The notes: generated from the sequence alone by a model not told the origin. A DNA stretch of 53,687 nucleotides from Clostridia bacterium (GCA_017507985.1 JAFVZV010000052.1:1-53687), one strand, 5' to 3'. Positions 37,056-47,328 are shown, counted from the first letter of the stretch. A program made the numbers and translations.

Positions 37056-38144
37056 TCAGAGGCGGTCGCGGCGCGCGCGCGCCAGATTGATGGTTCCTTC
37101 GGGCAGTTGCTTATAGTTGCGAAGCGCAATGCCCGTTCCCTTTGCCACACAGCAAACGGGGTCCTCTGCCACTCGAACGGGAACGCCCGTTACCTTGCAG
37201 ATCAGCTTATCAAAGCCGTTTACCATACTGCCACCGCCCGTCATGATAATACCATACTTAAGAATATCGCCGAGCAGCTCGGGCGGTGTGCGTTCGATCA
37301 CAGAGCAAACAACGTCCAAAATCGCGCTGACAGGCTCTGCCATCGCCTCCAGCATTTCTTTGGAGGACAGCGTGACCGTTTGGGGCAGACCCGTCTGGGC
37401 ACTTCGTCCGCGCACTTCAACGCTGCGAACTTGTTTGTGGGTATACAACGCACCGATGCGTTGCTTGATCAGCTCTGCCGTTTGAATACCGATCAGCACC
37501 CCATGCTCTCGTTTAACATAGCGAGCGATCGCATCGTCCAGCTTTTCACCCGCGATGCGGACAGACTCGGAAACGACCACGCCTCCCATCGAAATCACGG
37601 CGATGTCGGTCGTACCGCCGCCGATGTCGATGATCATACGGCCGACGGGTGCATCAATATCCACACCTGCGCCAAGTGCCGCCGCCACGGGTTCTTCCAT
37701 CAGATAAACCTTACCCGCTCCTGCTTCCCTTGCCGCATCGACCACAGCACGTTCCTCTACCTCGGTCACGCCCGAGGGAACGCAGATCATAACGCGGGGG
37801 GGCAACAGCATATGTCCGCAAGCGTTACGGATACAATACTGCAGCATCCGAAGCGTCACGTCATATTGACTGATAACACCATCACGCAACGGGCGAATGG
37901 TTTCCAAATTGGCAGGTGTTCTGCCGATGAGGGCCTGCGCCTCGTTACCGACCGCAACGATCTGATCTGTAGTCTTATCCACGGCAACGACGCTGGGCTC
38001 CTTGAGGACAACGCCCTTGCCTTCCACGTAAACCAAGGTATTAACCGTCCCGAGGTCAATACCGACGTTACGGCGCAAATTGAGTCCGCTGATCCATTTT
38101 TTTATACGGGCGAAAATGCCTCTCGCCCCTCCTACTTTAGCCAT
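37056..38144 (-). CDS. mreB: Rod shape-determining protein MreB/Mbl
   Basis: Actin-fold motifs GIDLGTVNT, DIGGGTTD and GIIMTGGGS. ATG at 38144 lies 6 nt after GGAG. Confidence 0.92.
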   Translation of the reverse strand: MAKVGGARGIFARIKKWISGLNLRRNVGIDLGTVNTLVYVEGKGVVLKEPSVVAVDKTTDQIVAVGNEAQALIGRTPANLETIRPLRDGVISQYDVTLRMLQYCIRNACGHMLLPPRVMICVPSGVTEVEERAVVDAAREAGAGKVYLMEEPVAAALGAGVDIDAPVGRMIIDIGGGTTDIAVISMGGVVVSESVRIAGEKLDDAIARYVKREHGVLIGIQTAELIKQRIGALYTHKQVRSVEVRGRSAQTGLPQTVTLSSKEMLEAMAEPVSAILDVVCSVIERTPPELLGDILKYGIIMTGGGSMVNGFDKLICKVTGVPVRVAEDPVCCVAKGTGIALRNYKQLPEGTINLARARRDRL

Positions 38145-38203
38145 ACACATCTCCTTGTGGGTGTTGTTGACATACTTATCCAGTTTAATATATAGTTAAT
38201 TAT

Positions 38204-38232
38204 ATTATAGCGGAAAGCAAAGCAAAAATCAA
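38204..38232 (-). promoter_or_regulatory. Putative SigA promoter for mreB (TTGATT-17-TATAAT)
   Basis: Reverse complement of 38227-38232 is TTGATT and of 38204-38209 is TATAAT. Confidence 0.5.
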
Positions 38233-38360
38233 TATGTGAAAGGAAAATTGTTGGATAGATTGCTTGAAATTCGGGTGTCTCCTCCGTATTTCAAGTCTTT
38301 TTGAGCGTTATCAAACGAGTGAATGGAGATTTTCAGCGATTTCTCCTTGGGACCGCGAAA

Positions 38361-38396
38361 AATATAGCAAAACGGTGACGATCTCTCGTCACCGTT
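38361..38396 (-). terminator. Intrinsic terminator after comF
   Basis: AACGGTGACG-AGAGAT-CGTCACCGTT hairpin followed by TTGCTATATTTTT on the minus strand. Confidence 0.8.
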
Positions 38397-38402
38397 GACT
38401 TT

Positions 38403-39140
38403 TTATTTATGCTCCGTTTTTGCAACAACAGCGCAGATCACGCGTGCCGCACCTGCATCTTTCAACAATGCCACACAAGCCGCGAGCGACGAGCCCGTCG
38501 TACAAACGTCGTCCACCAGCAAAACCGTCTTGCCGCTCACATCAGCAGCAGACGCAAGCTCAAAGCTGTGCGCCGCATTCTTTTCACGCTCTGCCGCGTT
38601 CAACTGCTTTTGCTGCTTTGTCAGCACCTTGCGACGAAGCTCGGTCTGCACAGGCAATTTCAGCTCGTGCGCCAGAGTACTCGCCAACTGCTTGGCGTGA
38701 TCGTGTCCCGTGGCCTGCACTGCGGCACGGCGTCTGGGCACGTAGGTAATCATATCCACGTCATTATCGTATCCAAACGCCCGGATCGGCAAGGATAATT
38801 CCTTGGCCAAAAAGCGAAAAACATCACGATCATTGTTGTCCTTACAACGCAGAATCAACGCGCCCGCCGCCGTCTTTCGATGGGCGCGATACGCACTCAA
38901 ATGCACGAACGCATCACAGCCGGCATCGCGCAATACAACCGGAATACAACAGCACTGCGCATGAACCTTACCACAAGCCGGACAAGTCTCTGCCAGCTCC
39001 TCATTCCATCGGTTCATACAATCCGGGCAAAGAACGCCGGGCAGCCGCGGTGCAAACACCGTTTGACGCTCATTGCACATACGGCAAACGGGCGGAAACA
39101 GCAGCCCGCTCAGTCGGGCAAACAATCCTTTAAATTTCAT
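38403..39140 (-). CDS. comF: ComF family protein (phosphoribosyltransferase-like, ComFC type)
   Basis: N-terminal Cys clusters (CRMC...CPDC...CPAC) and a C-terminal PRTase motif VLLVDDVCTTGSS. The ATG overlaps the recD2 stop by 4 nt. Confidence 0.85.
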   Translation of the reverse strand: MKFKGLFARLSGLLFPPVCRMCNERQTVFAPRLPGVLCPDCMNRWNEELAETCPACGKVHAQCCCIPVVLRDAGCDAFVHLSAYRAHRKTAAGALILRCKDNNDRDVFRFLAKELSLPIRAFGYDNDVDMITYVPRRRAAVQATGHDHAKQLASTLAHELKLPVQTELRRKVLTKQQKQLNAAEREKNAAHSFELASAADVSGKTVLLVDDVCTTGSSLAACVALLKDAGAARVICAVVAKTEHK

Positions 39141-41404
39141 CTCATTTCACGCAAACGGTGCGCAAGTCCGGTGTATCTCATCGACTGTCGATGATTTTCG
39201 ACCATTGTGCGCGCCACATCCTCTCTCCCCACCAGAATGACCATGCTCTGCGCCCGCGTTACGGCGGTGTAGAACAAATGTCTTGTCAAAAGCATATAAG
39301 GGGCACGGTACAAAGGGATAATGACAATGGGGTATTCACTTCCCTGACTCTTATGCACCGTAATGGCATACGCGTGCTCCAACTCCTCCAACAGTGTAAA
39401 ATCATACACGACGTGGCGATCGTCAAAACGGATCTCCATGCATTCGCCCGCGTGATTGATCGCTTCGATCTCACCGATATCGCCATTGAATACACCCATA
39501 CCGGTACTGCCATCCAGACGCTCCCAGGCAATATCATAGTTGTTACGGATCTGCATGACGCGGTCTCCCTCGCGAAAGATCTTATCGCGGAATCGATATT
39601 GTGTCTTGTCCTCCCTTGGAGGATTGAGCCCTTCCTGTAAGAGCACGTTCAAGTTTTCCGTACCGCCCTCCCCCTTACGCGAAGGAGAAATAACCTGAAT
39701 GCCCGTACGTGCCATATCTCCGTAGGTGCGCGGCAACCGATTTTTATACAAATCGGCAACCGTCAGCACAATATCTCGGTCATGATCACGCCGCAAGAAG
39801 AAAAAGTCGTTGTTTTTCACATCAAGCCGAGGCATCTCGCCGCGATTGATGGCATGTGCGTTGGTAACGATCAGACTCTGCTGCGCCTGACGAAAGATCT
39901 CGGTCAGGCAAACGGTGGAAAAGCACTCGCTGTCAATGAGATCTCGCAACACGTTGCCCGCTTCTACGCTGGGTAGCTGATCGGCGTCGCCGATGATAAT
40001 AACGCGTGCGCCCGGCTTGATGGCCTTGAGCAAGCTGCTCATCAGCCCATTGCCCACCATGGAAGCCTCGTCGATAATAATGACATCTTCTTCGAGCAAG
40101 TTGGTTTCATCGCGACGAAAATGCGCACCGCGTTCATCCCCCGCGTCGCCGTATTCCATTTCAAGCAGGCGGTGAATGGTTTTGGCCTCACTCAAGGTCG
40201 ATTCGGACAATCTCTTGGCAGCCCGTCCCGTCGGCGCGGTCAAGGCCACACGCAGATCCATGCTGTTGAAAATATTTAGCAATGCCCGAACGACGGTCGT
40301 TTTTCCCGTACCCGGGCCGCCCGTCAGAATCATAACGCCACACTGCAGGGCGTCGAACATGGCCTTGCGTTGAAGCGAGGCATATGCAATGCCGTTTTGT
40401 CGCTCCTCACGGTCGATAAACGCGTGCACGTCAGGCGCATCTACCGCCGCACAAAGGCGATCCAGCAGGCGCAATTTGGTTGCGATATATTGCTCATTAT
40501 CGTAGGCATATGCCTCATAAACATAGGTTGCGCCATCCAAACTATACGTTTTCAGCCGTCCCGAATACAAAAGGATATCCAACGCCCCACGTAGTTGCTC
40601 GGGCGTACCGCCGAGCAGCGTTCCCGCCGCGGCAAGCAGCTTATCCTCGGGCAGACAAACGTGACCGTTTTGAAGAGCATTGGCGTGCAAAACATAAACG
40701 ATGCCGCTGGAAAGCCTTGCGGGGCTATCAGTTGAAAGCCCCAAATCATGCGCCATGCGATCAGCCTTTTCAAAGCCGATGCCCTCTACTTCATCGCAAA
40801 GAATGTAGGGATTTTGTTTGGCGCGGTCCACCGCCGACGATCCAAATCTCTTATAAATGCGCATGGTCAGCGCCGCGCCGAAAAAGTCACGGAAAAACAT
40901 CATGGCCGATCGGATGCCCGATTTTTGCTTGAAGTCCTGTGAGATTTCCTCGGCCTTCTTGCGCGAGATACCGGGAATGTGAGCAAGCCAGTCGGGATGA
41001 TTCTCCATCACATCAAAGGTGTCCTCGCCAAACTCCTCGACGATCTTCTGTGCAGTCTTAGGACCAATGCCTTTAATCGCACGCGAAGAAAGATAGCGCA
41101 AAATCGCATTCACATCGGCAGGCAAAACACGCTCATAGCGCTCTACGGAGAATTGTCTGCCGTATTTGGGATTATGAACCCAGCGACCATAGACGGTCAC
41201 GCCGTCCCCCTCGGCAATGTAGGGCAACGTTCCTTGGATGGTCACAAGATCGTTGTCGTCTGTGCCGAGATCGCATACCGCGTATCCGTTTTCCTCGTTG
41301 GCATAAATCACCCGTTCAATACTACCCGAGAGCTGCTGAAAACGGGCATCCTCTGCCGCCGCACGATAATCTTCCATATTTGTGCCATCCTTTCTGCCGC
41401 TCAT
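39137..41404 (-). CDS. recD2: SF1B ATP-dependent RecD-like DNA helicase (RecD2)
   Basis: 755 aa. N-terminal HhH region, Walker A GGPGTGKTT, and the DEASMV and IIGDADQLPSV motifs. An ATG at 41377 is an alternative start. Confidence 0.9.
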   Translation of the reverse strand: MSGRKDGTNMEDYRAAAEDARFQQLSGSIERVIYANEENGYAVCDLGTDDNDLVTIQGTLPYIAEGDGVTVYGRWVHNPKYGRQFSVERYERVLPADVNAILRYLSSRAIKGIGPKTAQKIVEEFGEDTFDVMENHPDWLAHIPGISRKKAEEISQDFKQKSGIRSAMMFFRDFFGAALTMRIYKRFGSSAVDRAKQNPYILCDEVEGIGFEKADRMAHDLGLSTDSPARLSSGIVYVLHANALQNGHVCLPEDKLLAAAGTLLGGTPEQLRGALDILLYSGRLKTYSLDGATYVYEAYAYDNEQYIATKLRLLDRLCAAVDAPDVHAFIDREERQNGIAYASLQRKAMFDALQCGVMILTGGPGTGKTTVVRALLNIFNSMDLRVALTAPTGRAAKRLSESTLSEAKTIHRLLEMEYGDAGDERGAHFRRDETNLLEEDVIIIDEASMVGNGLMSSLLKAIKPGARVIIIGDADQLPSVEAGNVLRDLIDSECFSTVCLTEIFRQAQQSLIVTNAHAINRGEMPRLDVKNNDFFFLRRDHDRDIVLTVADLYKNRLPRTYGDMARTGIQVISPSRKGEGGTENLNVLLQEGLNPPREDKTQYRFRDKIFREGDRVMQIRNNYDIAWERLDGSTGMGVFNGDIGEIEAINHAGECMEIRFDDRHVVYDFTLLEELEHAYAITVHKSQGSEYPIVIIPLYRAPYMLLTRHLFYTAVTRAQSMVILVGREDVARTMVENHRQSMRYTGLAHRLREMR

Positions 41405-41430
41405 CCGCGGCGTATTTTATCAAAATTCAA

Positions 41431-41748
41431 TTATTTTTTCATCTGCGCAACCAACCAGCGTCCGCCGAAGGATTCGATCAATTCCCTCTCCGCCTCGCTC
41501 GGCTCGCCATATGCAAGACAAAGCTCCGCGCTGTAAAGCACGATCAACGGCGCGCGTCGCGGTACAAATGGCGCATGCCGTACCTCCTCGAGCAGCATGG
41601 GCAAATTGGCCGCCGCCGTGCGATCAAATATCTCAATCACCGTTCCGATACAGCGAGATGCAAACAGTGCTTGCGCCGTCAACCGAATAGTACACCAAGC
41701 ACCAAACACAGCAAAGGCCGCAACTAAAATTTCAAAAAACAGCTCCAT
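41431..41748 (-). CDS. Hypothetical 105-aa protein with one N-terminal TM helix
   Basis: ATG at 41748 lies 8 nt after GGAGG. The 201-aa ORF-track version overlaps metK and is rejected. No family recognised. Confidence 0.5.
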   Translation of the reverse strand: MELFFEILVAAFAVFGAWCTIRLTAQALFASRCIGTVIEIFDRTAAANLPMLLEEVRHAPFVPRRAPLIVLYSAELCLAYGEPSEAERELIESFGGRWLVAQMKK

Positions 41749-41827
41749 ATCAACTACCTCCCCCCCACAGTTTATGCACCGTAGGGCGGCGCGGCATCTC
41801 AGAGCTGTTTTTTGTTGTTCGCACCGA

Positions 41828-43027
41828 TTAAGCGTTGACCGTTTCGGACAGCAGCTCCGCGCGAAGTGTATCAGCAAGATCGGTTTGCTCCCAAGGAGCG
41901 GCAACATCCTCTCTGCCCATATGACCGTATGCGGCCACCTGGCAATAGATGGGACGGCGCAAACCGAATTTTTCAATGATAGCAGCAGGACGCAGATCAA
42001 CATGGCGCAATGCAGCCTCAGAGATAAGCGACTCATCCACCTTGGCAGTACCGAACGTGTCGATCAGCACCGAAACGGGACGGGCAACGCCGATGGCGTA
42101 CGCCACCTGCACCTCGCACTTGGAAGCAAGCCCTGCTTTGACAATATTTTTAGCCAAATAGCGCGCGGCATAGCACGCCGAACGGTCAACCTTGGTCGGG
42201 TCCTTACCCGAGAAAGCACCGCCACCGTGGCGAGAGTAGCCACCGTAGGTATCGACAATGATCTTACGACCCGTCAGACCCGAGTCACCCGCAGGGCCGC
42301 CGATAACAAAACGTCCCGTGGGGTTGATGTAAAATTTAGTATTCTCGTCCAAAAGCTCGGCAGGAACAACAGGACGGATGACCTCACGAATGATATCCTC
42401 ACGGATTTGAGCGCTTTCGACCGCATCGCTGTGTTGGGTGGAAACGACCACCGCATCAACACGGACAGGCTTGCCATCCTCATACTCGACAGTCACCTGC
42501 GATTTCCCGTCAGGACGCAGATAGTCGAGCAAGCCGCTCTTGCGCACCTCGGTTAATTTTTTTGCCAGCGCATGAGCCAGCGAAATGGGCAGCGGCATCA
42601 GCTCGGGCGTTTCGTCGCAAGCGTAGCCGAACATCAATCCCTGGTCGCCCGCACCGATGTCAAAGGCATCGGTATCGCCGTTTTTTGCTTCAAACGACTT
42701 ATCAACGCCCATAGCGATGTCGGGAGATTGCGCATGGATCGAATTGATGACGGCACAGCTGTCGCAGTCAAAGCCAAACTTCGCGCGTGTGTAGCCAATC
42801 TCGCGCACAGTTTCGCGAACGATGGTGGGAATATCAACATAGGCCGAGGTGGTAATCTCACCCATGACCATCACCAATCCCGTGGTGCAGGCTGTTTCAC
42901 AGGCAACGCGAGACATGGGATCCTGCTCAAGCAGGGCATCGAGGATGGCGTCCGAGATCTTGTCACAGATCTTATCGGGATGTCCCTCGGTCACGGATTC
43001 GCTGGTAAAAAGCATTTTGTTTGCCAT
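41828..43027 (-). CDS. metK: S-adenosylmethionine synthase
   Basis: Start at [22 protein letters not shown] (ATG at 43027), preceded by a SAM-I riboswitch. Confidence 0.95.
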   Translation of the reverse strand: MANKMLFTSESVTEGHPDKICDKISDAILDALLEQDPMSRVACETACTTGLVMVMGEITTSAYVDIPTIVRETVREIGYTRAKFGFDCDSCAVINSIHAQSPDIAMGVDKSFEAKNGDTDAFDIGAGDQGLMFGYACDETPELMPLPISLAHALAKKLTEVRKSGLLDYLRPDGKSQVTVEYEDGKPVRVDAVVVSTQHSDAVESAQIREDIIREVIRPVVPAELLDENTKFYINPTGRFVIGGPAGDSGLTGRKIIVDTYGGYSRHGGGAFSGKDPTKVDRSACYAARYLAKNIVKAGLASKCEVQVAYAIGVARPVSVLIDTFGTAKVDESLISEAALRHVDLRPAAIIEKFGLRRPIYCQVAAYGHMGREDVAAPWEQTDLADTLRAELLSETVNA

Positions 43028-43070
43028 TATTTTTTGTCCTTTCTTATTCGAATTCTGCTCGTTTGACAAA

Positions 43071-43095
43071 AGAAAAAACCTCGCAGCCGAGGTTC
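43071..43095 (-). terminator. Riboswitch expression-platform terminator
   Basis: Minus strand AACCTCG-GCTG-CGAGGTT followed by TTTTTCT. Confidence 0.8.
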
Positions 43096-43104
43096 AGAGC
43101 AAGT

Positions 43105-43205
43105 CCTTATCACTTTGTCTCATCTCTCGGGATTTAGCACCTTTGTCATTGACTGACAGGTTGCCGGGTTTCATAGGGCCAGTCCCTCCACCACTCTTGA
43201 TAAGA
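43105..43205 (-). promoter_or_regulatory. SAM-I (S-box) riboswitch
   Basis: The minus strand reads TCTTATCAAGAGTGGTGGAGGGACTGGCCCTATGAAACCCGGCAACC...GGTGCTAAATCCCGAGAGATGAGA...GATAAGG. This matches the S-box consensus core and P1 pairing. Confidence 0.9.
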
Positions 43206-43236
43206 TCAGAATTCTATTTGTTTTTTATACGAGTAG

Positions 43237-43265
43237 ATTATAGCATATTTTTTATCGTATTGCAA
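43237..43265 (-). promoter_or_regulatory. SigA promoter for the metK leader (TTGCAA-17-TATAAT)
   Basis: Reverse complement of 43260-43265 is TTGCAA and of 43237-43242 is TATAAT. Confidence 0.6.
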
Positions 43266-43322
43266 TAGGGTTGGAATATTTTTTTGTCGGTAATGTAAAG
43301 AAAATTTGTTTCGCATAAAACC

Positions 43323-43347
43323 GCGGAGGGCTTCGAAAGCCCTCCGC
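43323..43347 (-). terminator. Intrinsic terminator after the large beta-helix gene
   Basis: GCGGAGGGC-loop-GCCCTCCGC hairpin followed by GTTTTAT on the minus strand. Confidence 0.7.
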
Positions 43348-43353
43348 TCATAT

Positions 43354-45972
43354 TTATTTCAGATAAATGACGGACGGACGATGCGCGGCATTATATTGAT
43401 ATACCGTCACCATATTGCCTTTTTTGACCTCTTCCAGTCCCTCTTGTTGATTCTCACGGATAAAGTTGACACCCGTCAGTACGACCTCACCGCCAAGAAC
43501 AAAGCTCTTTCCGTGCCCGATATGTCCCGATTCACAGTTCAAAAGGAACAGATCACTTCTGGCCGTTTCCAAAAACGTATTGGCACCGTAGTGGAACACG
43601 TGACGCAATTGAACGTCATCGCTATCCTGTATCTTGACCAGCGTCATACGAGGGCTCAGATGCGTGTCGATCAGCTCATAAACGCGCGAGTGGTCTGTCA
43701 TCCAGTCGGGATGAAGCACCGTCTGTGCCTTGATACCGATATTATGATACGTACCGTTGGTATGGATTCGGGTGATCGCGCCGTTTTTAGCATTGAACAC
43801 GCCAATGCCGTTATCATACACCGTCATGGAAATACGGTCAACGATAAAACCGTTCGCGCCGTCAATACAAATGCCGCGCGATGCCGCAACCAGACACAGC
43901 TCTGTCGCAAACGTATTGTTACCCTTGCAACGCACGAAATACGCATATTCATCGGGCGATTCTGTCAGCGTGTTGGACGAGCTGACACCATTGTTGGGAT
44001 AATAAACCGTCATGCCCATCACACCACTCTGATTGCCCGCCACCGTAATGGTTGCCGTGTCGCTCTCCTTACCATCTTCGCCGTGCGTAACCAAAAGAAC
44101 GGTACCTTTGAACGAGTCGCTGCCCTTCTGGGGATTCTGATATGCCCCCATGATGACCGTCTTTTCTCCGACCGTTACTGGTTTGGTCAGACGATAAATG
44201 CCTGCCGGCAGGTAAACGATACCACCGCCTGCCGCCGACGCCTCGTCCAAGGCCTGTTGCAAAGCCGACGAAACATCACTTTTGCCCGTCGCATCCGCGC
44301 CGTAATCGGCCAAATTGAACAGCGCTGTCGCAGCAATGGTAGGACGAACGGAAATGGGCGTATAGTCGGTATCCATGGCCACGCTCCCCGAAGACAGCGT
44401 ATGCACGTGATCGCTGATTTCCCCCTTGATGGTACAATTCAGCATATATACGTTGGGAACACTTTCCTTGGAGGGGGGATCATTCTGAATCGCAATTTCG
44501 GATGCATCAATGGTACTATTTGTCAGCAGCAGACCATACGCACCGTTCAAGCCGTGCAATTCCATTCCGATTTTAGCATTCAGAATGGCGATATTGTAGT
44601 AGCTTCCGCAAAGGCCCGCGCGAGTAGGTTCACGGTTATAAATACCTGTAGCAAAGCCGTCCAACGTGATATTTTCATAGGTATCACGGTCGCAGTCGCC
44701 CAGCGAAAGGCCAATGGATCCGTTCTTTTGCATCAGCGCACGAATGTCCGCCTCTGCGGGAGCACCAAATATTTCTCCCGCATTTGCCCAGTACGAGGGC
44801 GAAAAATGTACATCGATCGTCACGCAGATATCAGCACTGTTGTCATTATCCAAACCTCGCCAAAGTGCCGTTCCCTTAACGTTATCCACCGTCAGCATTC
44901 CCTTGGCGCCTTTACCGGTGAAAATTGCATAATAGCTGTTGATAAAGTTACAGTCACGGACCGTGCACATATCGCCGCTCGTTTCCACTGTGGGCATGTA
45001 TTCCACGGGGGCGCTGACCGACTGACCGTCATGGTACAGCGTCACACCCTCCAGTGCACTGCAATTTTTGAGGAGCACTGCGCTGACGCGCTTGAAATCG
45101 CCGTCTTTATCCAGCCAAAGCACCGTGCCACGTGACATATCCCCTTCATCGAGGTCGGCATAAGTACCGCGCAACGTTACGTAGGAGGGCACTTCGAGCT
45201 GCTTGGTGATACGGTACGTTCCCGCCGGCAAATAAACCACGCCGCCACCCAATTTGGCCACATCGTTGATGGCCTCCTGAATGGTGGACGTTGCGTCCCG
45301 TTCACCGCTACGATCGGCAAAATACGGTTCACTCGACAGATCGGCAACGGCAACAAAGGCATCGCCCGTACCGGTCGTAATGACTGCAGGCTGATTTTTC
45401 TCATACGAACGACTCATGTCCACCGGCACCTCCAATGCGGATTGTTCTGCTGCCAGATAACGCGCCAAAAAGTAACGAAGCGCGACCAATGTGTTGGCAT
45501 CATCCGAGCCGACGATCACGATCTTATTGCCGCGAACACCAATGTGATACCAGTTCTGTGCGTTGTCCGTTTTTGCGGCGGCCGCTTCCATCGCCTCGAT
45601 GCTCTCAATACGATTGGTCCGACCGACCAAAATCTCATATTCTGTATTGATAATGGGAGTTTGCTCTTTGGTGTAATCTGTGCTGATTTTGATACCCTTG
45701 AACTTTTTACTCATTGCGGTATACAGCGAGCTGACCTCAAGACGAACCTCCGCTTCTGCGGTCTCAGAACGCAGGATCGTATACTCGGTCGGATTGGCGA
45801 TGCTCACCGTCTCACCATCATCCGGCCATTGCTGTTCGGGCGGCGTATCGCCCTCCTCATCGCCAGGATCATCCGGCGTATTATGGTCACGACACGCGAC
45901 AGCACCGCAAAGACACAGCGCAGCAAGCAGCGCCAACACAAAAAGACGCATTATCCATTGATTTCGTTTCAT
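43354..45972 (-). CDS. Secreted protein with an N-terminal alpha/beta module and two tandem pectate-lyase-superfamily beta-helix modules
   Basis: ATG at 45972 behind AAGGAG. Signal peptide MKRNQWIMRLFVLALLAALCLCGAVAC. Two copies of the helix-start motif are present (DATSTIQEAINDVAKLGGGVVYLPAGTYRI and DVSSALQQALDEASAAGGGIVYLPAGIYRL). The N-terminal module is paralogous to that of the 8503-10221 protein. Confidence 0.75.
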   Translation of the reverse strand: MKRNQWIMRLFVLALLAALCLCGAVACRDHNTPDDPGDEEGDTPPEQQWPDDGETVSIANPTEYTILRSETAEAEVRLEVSSLYTAMSKKFKGIKISTDYTKEQTPIINTEYEILVGRTNRIESIEAMEAAAAKTDNAQNWYHIGVRGNKIVIVGSDDANTLVALRYFLARYLAAEQSALEVPVDMSRSYEKNQPAVITTGTGDAFVAVADLSSEPYFADRSGERDATSTIQEAINDVAKLGGGVVYLPAGTYRITKQLEVPSYVTLRGTYADLDEGDMSRGTVLWLDKDGDFKRVSAVLLKNCSALEGVTLYHDGQSVSAPVEYMPTVETSGDMCTVRDCNFINSYYAIFTGKGAKGMLTVDNVKGTALWRGLDNDNSADICVTIDVHFSPSYWANAGEIFGAPAEADIRALMQKNGSIGLSLGDCDRDTYENITLDGFATGIYNREPTRAGLCGSYYNIAILNAKIGMELHGLNGAYGLLLTNSTIDASEIAIQNDPPSKESVPNVYMLNCTIKGEISDHVHTLSSGSVAMDTDYTPISVRPTIAATALFNLADYGADATGKSDVSSALQQALDEASAAGGGIVYLPAGIYRLTKPVTVGEKTVIMGAYQNPQKGSDSFKGTVLLVTHGEDGKESDTATITVAGNQSGVMGMTVYYPNNGVSSSNTLTESPDEYAYFVRCKGNNTFATELCLVAASRGICIDGANGFIVDRISMTVYDNGIGVFNAKNGAITRIHTNGTYHNIGIKAQTVLHPDWMTDHSRVYELIDTHLSPRMTLVKIQDSDDVQLRHVFHYGANTFLETARSDLFLLNCESGHIGHGKSFVLGGEVVLTGVNFIRENQQEGLEEVKKGNMVTVYQYNAAHRPSVIYLK

Positions 45973-46005
45973 ATCGTTCTCCTTGTTTGAAACTTTCAAT
46001 GCTTT

Positions 46006-46034
46006 ATTTTATCATACATCACACCGCTTTGCAA
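46006..46034 (-). promoter_or_regulatory. Putative SigA promoter for the large beta-helix gene (TTGCAA-17-TAAAAT)
   Basis: Reverse complement of 46029-46034 is TTGCAA and of 46006-46011 is TAAAAT. Confidence 0.5.
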
Positions 46035-46062
46035 TGTGTTTGCGAAAAAATTTGCAAAAAGA

Positions 46063-46084
46063 TGCCCCCGAACTCTCGGGGGCA
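46063..46084 (-). terminator. Intrinsic terminator after the anti-sigma gene
   Basis: TGCCCCCGA-GAGT-TCGGGGGCA hairpin followed by TCTTTTTGC on the minus strand. Confidence 0.75.
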
Positions 46085-46089
46085 AAAAC

Positions 46090-47328
46090 TCAATGCGTAT
46101 ACATATATTTTTGGATCACGCGAGAATAGGGCGCAATATTCTGGTCAAAGCCCATCCCAAAATTGCCTACCCCACTCGTCTGTGCCATCCAGGCCGCCTC
46201 GGTTTCGTATTCCTCGATGGTGATGATACCCTGCTCCTTCATATACAGCAGGATATATTCGGCCAGCGCACGGCGGGCAGCAGCGGCCTCGGCGCTGTTG
46301 TAGTCATTCCAGTCGGCCATCTCAAAGGCACGCACCTTTTCGTACAACGTCCACATTTCGGGAGCATCGACGTACTCGTCGCATCGATACCGGATATTTT
46401 TACTCATGTAAGAAAAACGAACGGTATGCTCCACGGTCATATAGGATTCGACCGAGGCATAGATGCGATCGCGGTAGGCCCAGGAACAGTACAGCGCCGA
46501 GAGCTCCCGGGCACTGATCTTGCGCATCTTATAGTGTTCCGCGATCATGCGCTCCCAGCAGTCAACCGCACCCGATACTGTCGTGTCCAACCGCAACTCG
46601 ACCATGTCAGCACCATAGTCTACCTCCGCACGGCCAAGGCGCAACGCGCCGTTGTCAAAAAAGGCCGTTTGCCAGTTCTCGTTATAATGCGGCACGTCGG
46701 AGGCCGCGATTTTGTCTTCAAGCGCATCGGCATCCGCGGGCACAAATCCAACCGAAAGTGAAACGGTACCGATAGCATAGGCCTCTTGATAGTCGGGCGC
46801 CAAAACGAGCTTGAATGTAAGCGGCTGCTCCAGAGTATACCGCTTGGCCGCACGATTCTCAATGATCGCAACATTGTTCTCGCCCTCAATTCCCTCAAAG
46901 TGCACATCAAAATCCGGGGCATTGACTGTCAGCTTCAAGTCCCCTGCACCAAGATAGTCGTTCTTCAGTCCAATCTCAAAGCGAAGCTCAATCTTCTCCC
47001 CCGGTTCGTAGCTTCGCGTTTCCACCTCGCCCTTGAGATACAACGTATCTTCCCAAGGAAGCGGCGGATCGCTCGGCTTTTGCGCGCCAATGATCACGGA
47101 CGAGCCCGTTTGCTCGGTGTCGGCAAAGACCGCACCGCCTTGGTGCCGTCCCATGATCACAGCATTACGGATAGGAAAATATGCGCCGACAACCAAGATA
47201 AGACAGGCGGCAACGATACCGATCATTTGCCACATGCGCCATGTGTGGTTGGGCTGCTTCATTGCGGCCATGACGTATTTGTCGTCCACATTGGCAAAGG
47301 CACGGTTGAGTTTTTCGTTGTCATTCAT
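46090..47328 (-). CDS. Putative anti-sigma factor: short cytoplasmic N-terminus, one TM, roughly 350-aa extracytoplasmic domain of unknown family
   Basis: The ATG overlaps the sigma gene stop (ATGA). MNDNEKLNRAFANVDDKYVMAAM is followed by the TM segment MIGIVAACLILVVGAYF. No zf-HC2 cysteines are present. Confidence 0.6.
   Translation of the reverse strand: MNDNEKLNRAFANVDDKYVMAAMKQPNHTWRMWQMIGIVAACLILVVGAYFPIRNAVIMGRHQGGAVFADTEQTGSSVIIGAQKPSDPPLPWEDTLYLKGEVETRSYEPGEKIELRFEIGLKNDYLGAGDLKLTVNAPDFDVHFEGIEGENNVAIIENRAAKRYTLEQPLTFKLVLAPDYQEAYAIGTVSLSVGFVPADADALEDKIAASDVPHYNENWQTAFFDNGALRLGRAEVDYGADMVELRLDTTVSGAVDCWERMIAEHYKMRKISARELSALYCSWAYRDRIYASVESYMTVEHTVRFSYMSKNIRYRCDEYVDAPEMWTLYEKVRAFEMADWNDYNSAEAAAARRALAEYILLYMKEQGIITIEEYETEAAWMAQTSGVGNFGMGFDQNIAPYSRVIQKYMYTH

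Noticed and set aside
34646-38195. Long plus-strand ORFs (417 aa, 241 aa and 362 aa) opposite rlmB, pepD and mreB
   Set aside because: They are antisense to unmistakable housekeeping genes and have no translation signals. They are treated as non-coding shadows.
41757-41766. C7 (G7 on the coding strand) homopolymer just upstream of the small ORF RBS
   Set aside because: The tract lies 5' of the Shine-Dalgarno, so length changes would not alter RBS-ATG spacing or the reading frame. There is no evidence for phase variation.
41431-42036. 201-aa version of the small membrane protein ORF
   Set aside because: The upstream 96 codons overlap the 3' end of metK in another frame. A GGAGG-8 nt-ATG at 41748 gives a sensible 105-aa product, so the ORF was trimmed.
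43306-45135. 609-aa plus-strand ORF opposite the large beta-helix gene
   Set aside because: The antisense frame is Arg/His/Thr/Ile-rich and repetitive with no motif. The minus-strand gene has a signal peptide, RBS, promoter, terminator and a paralogue.
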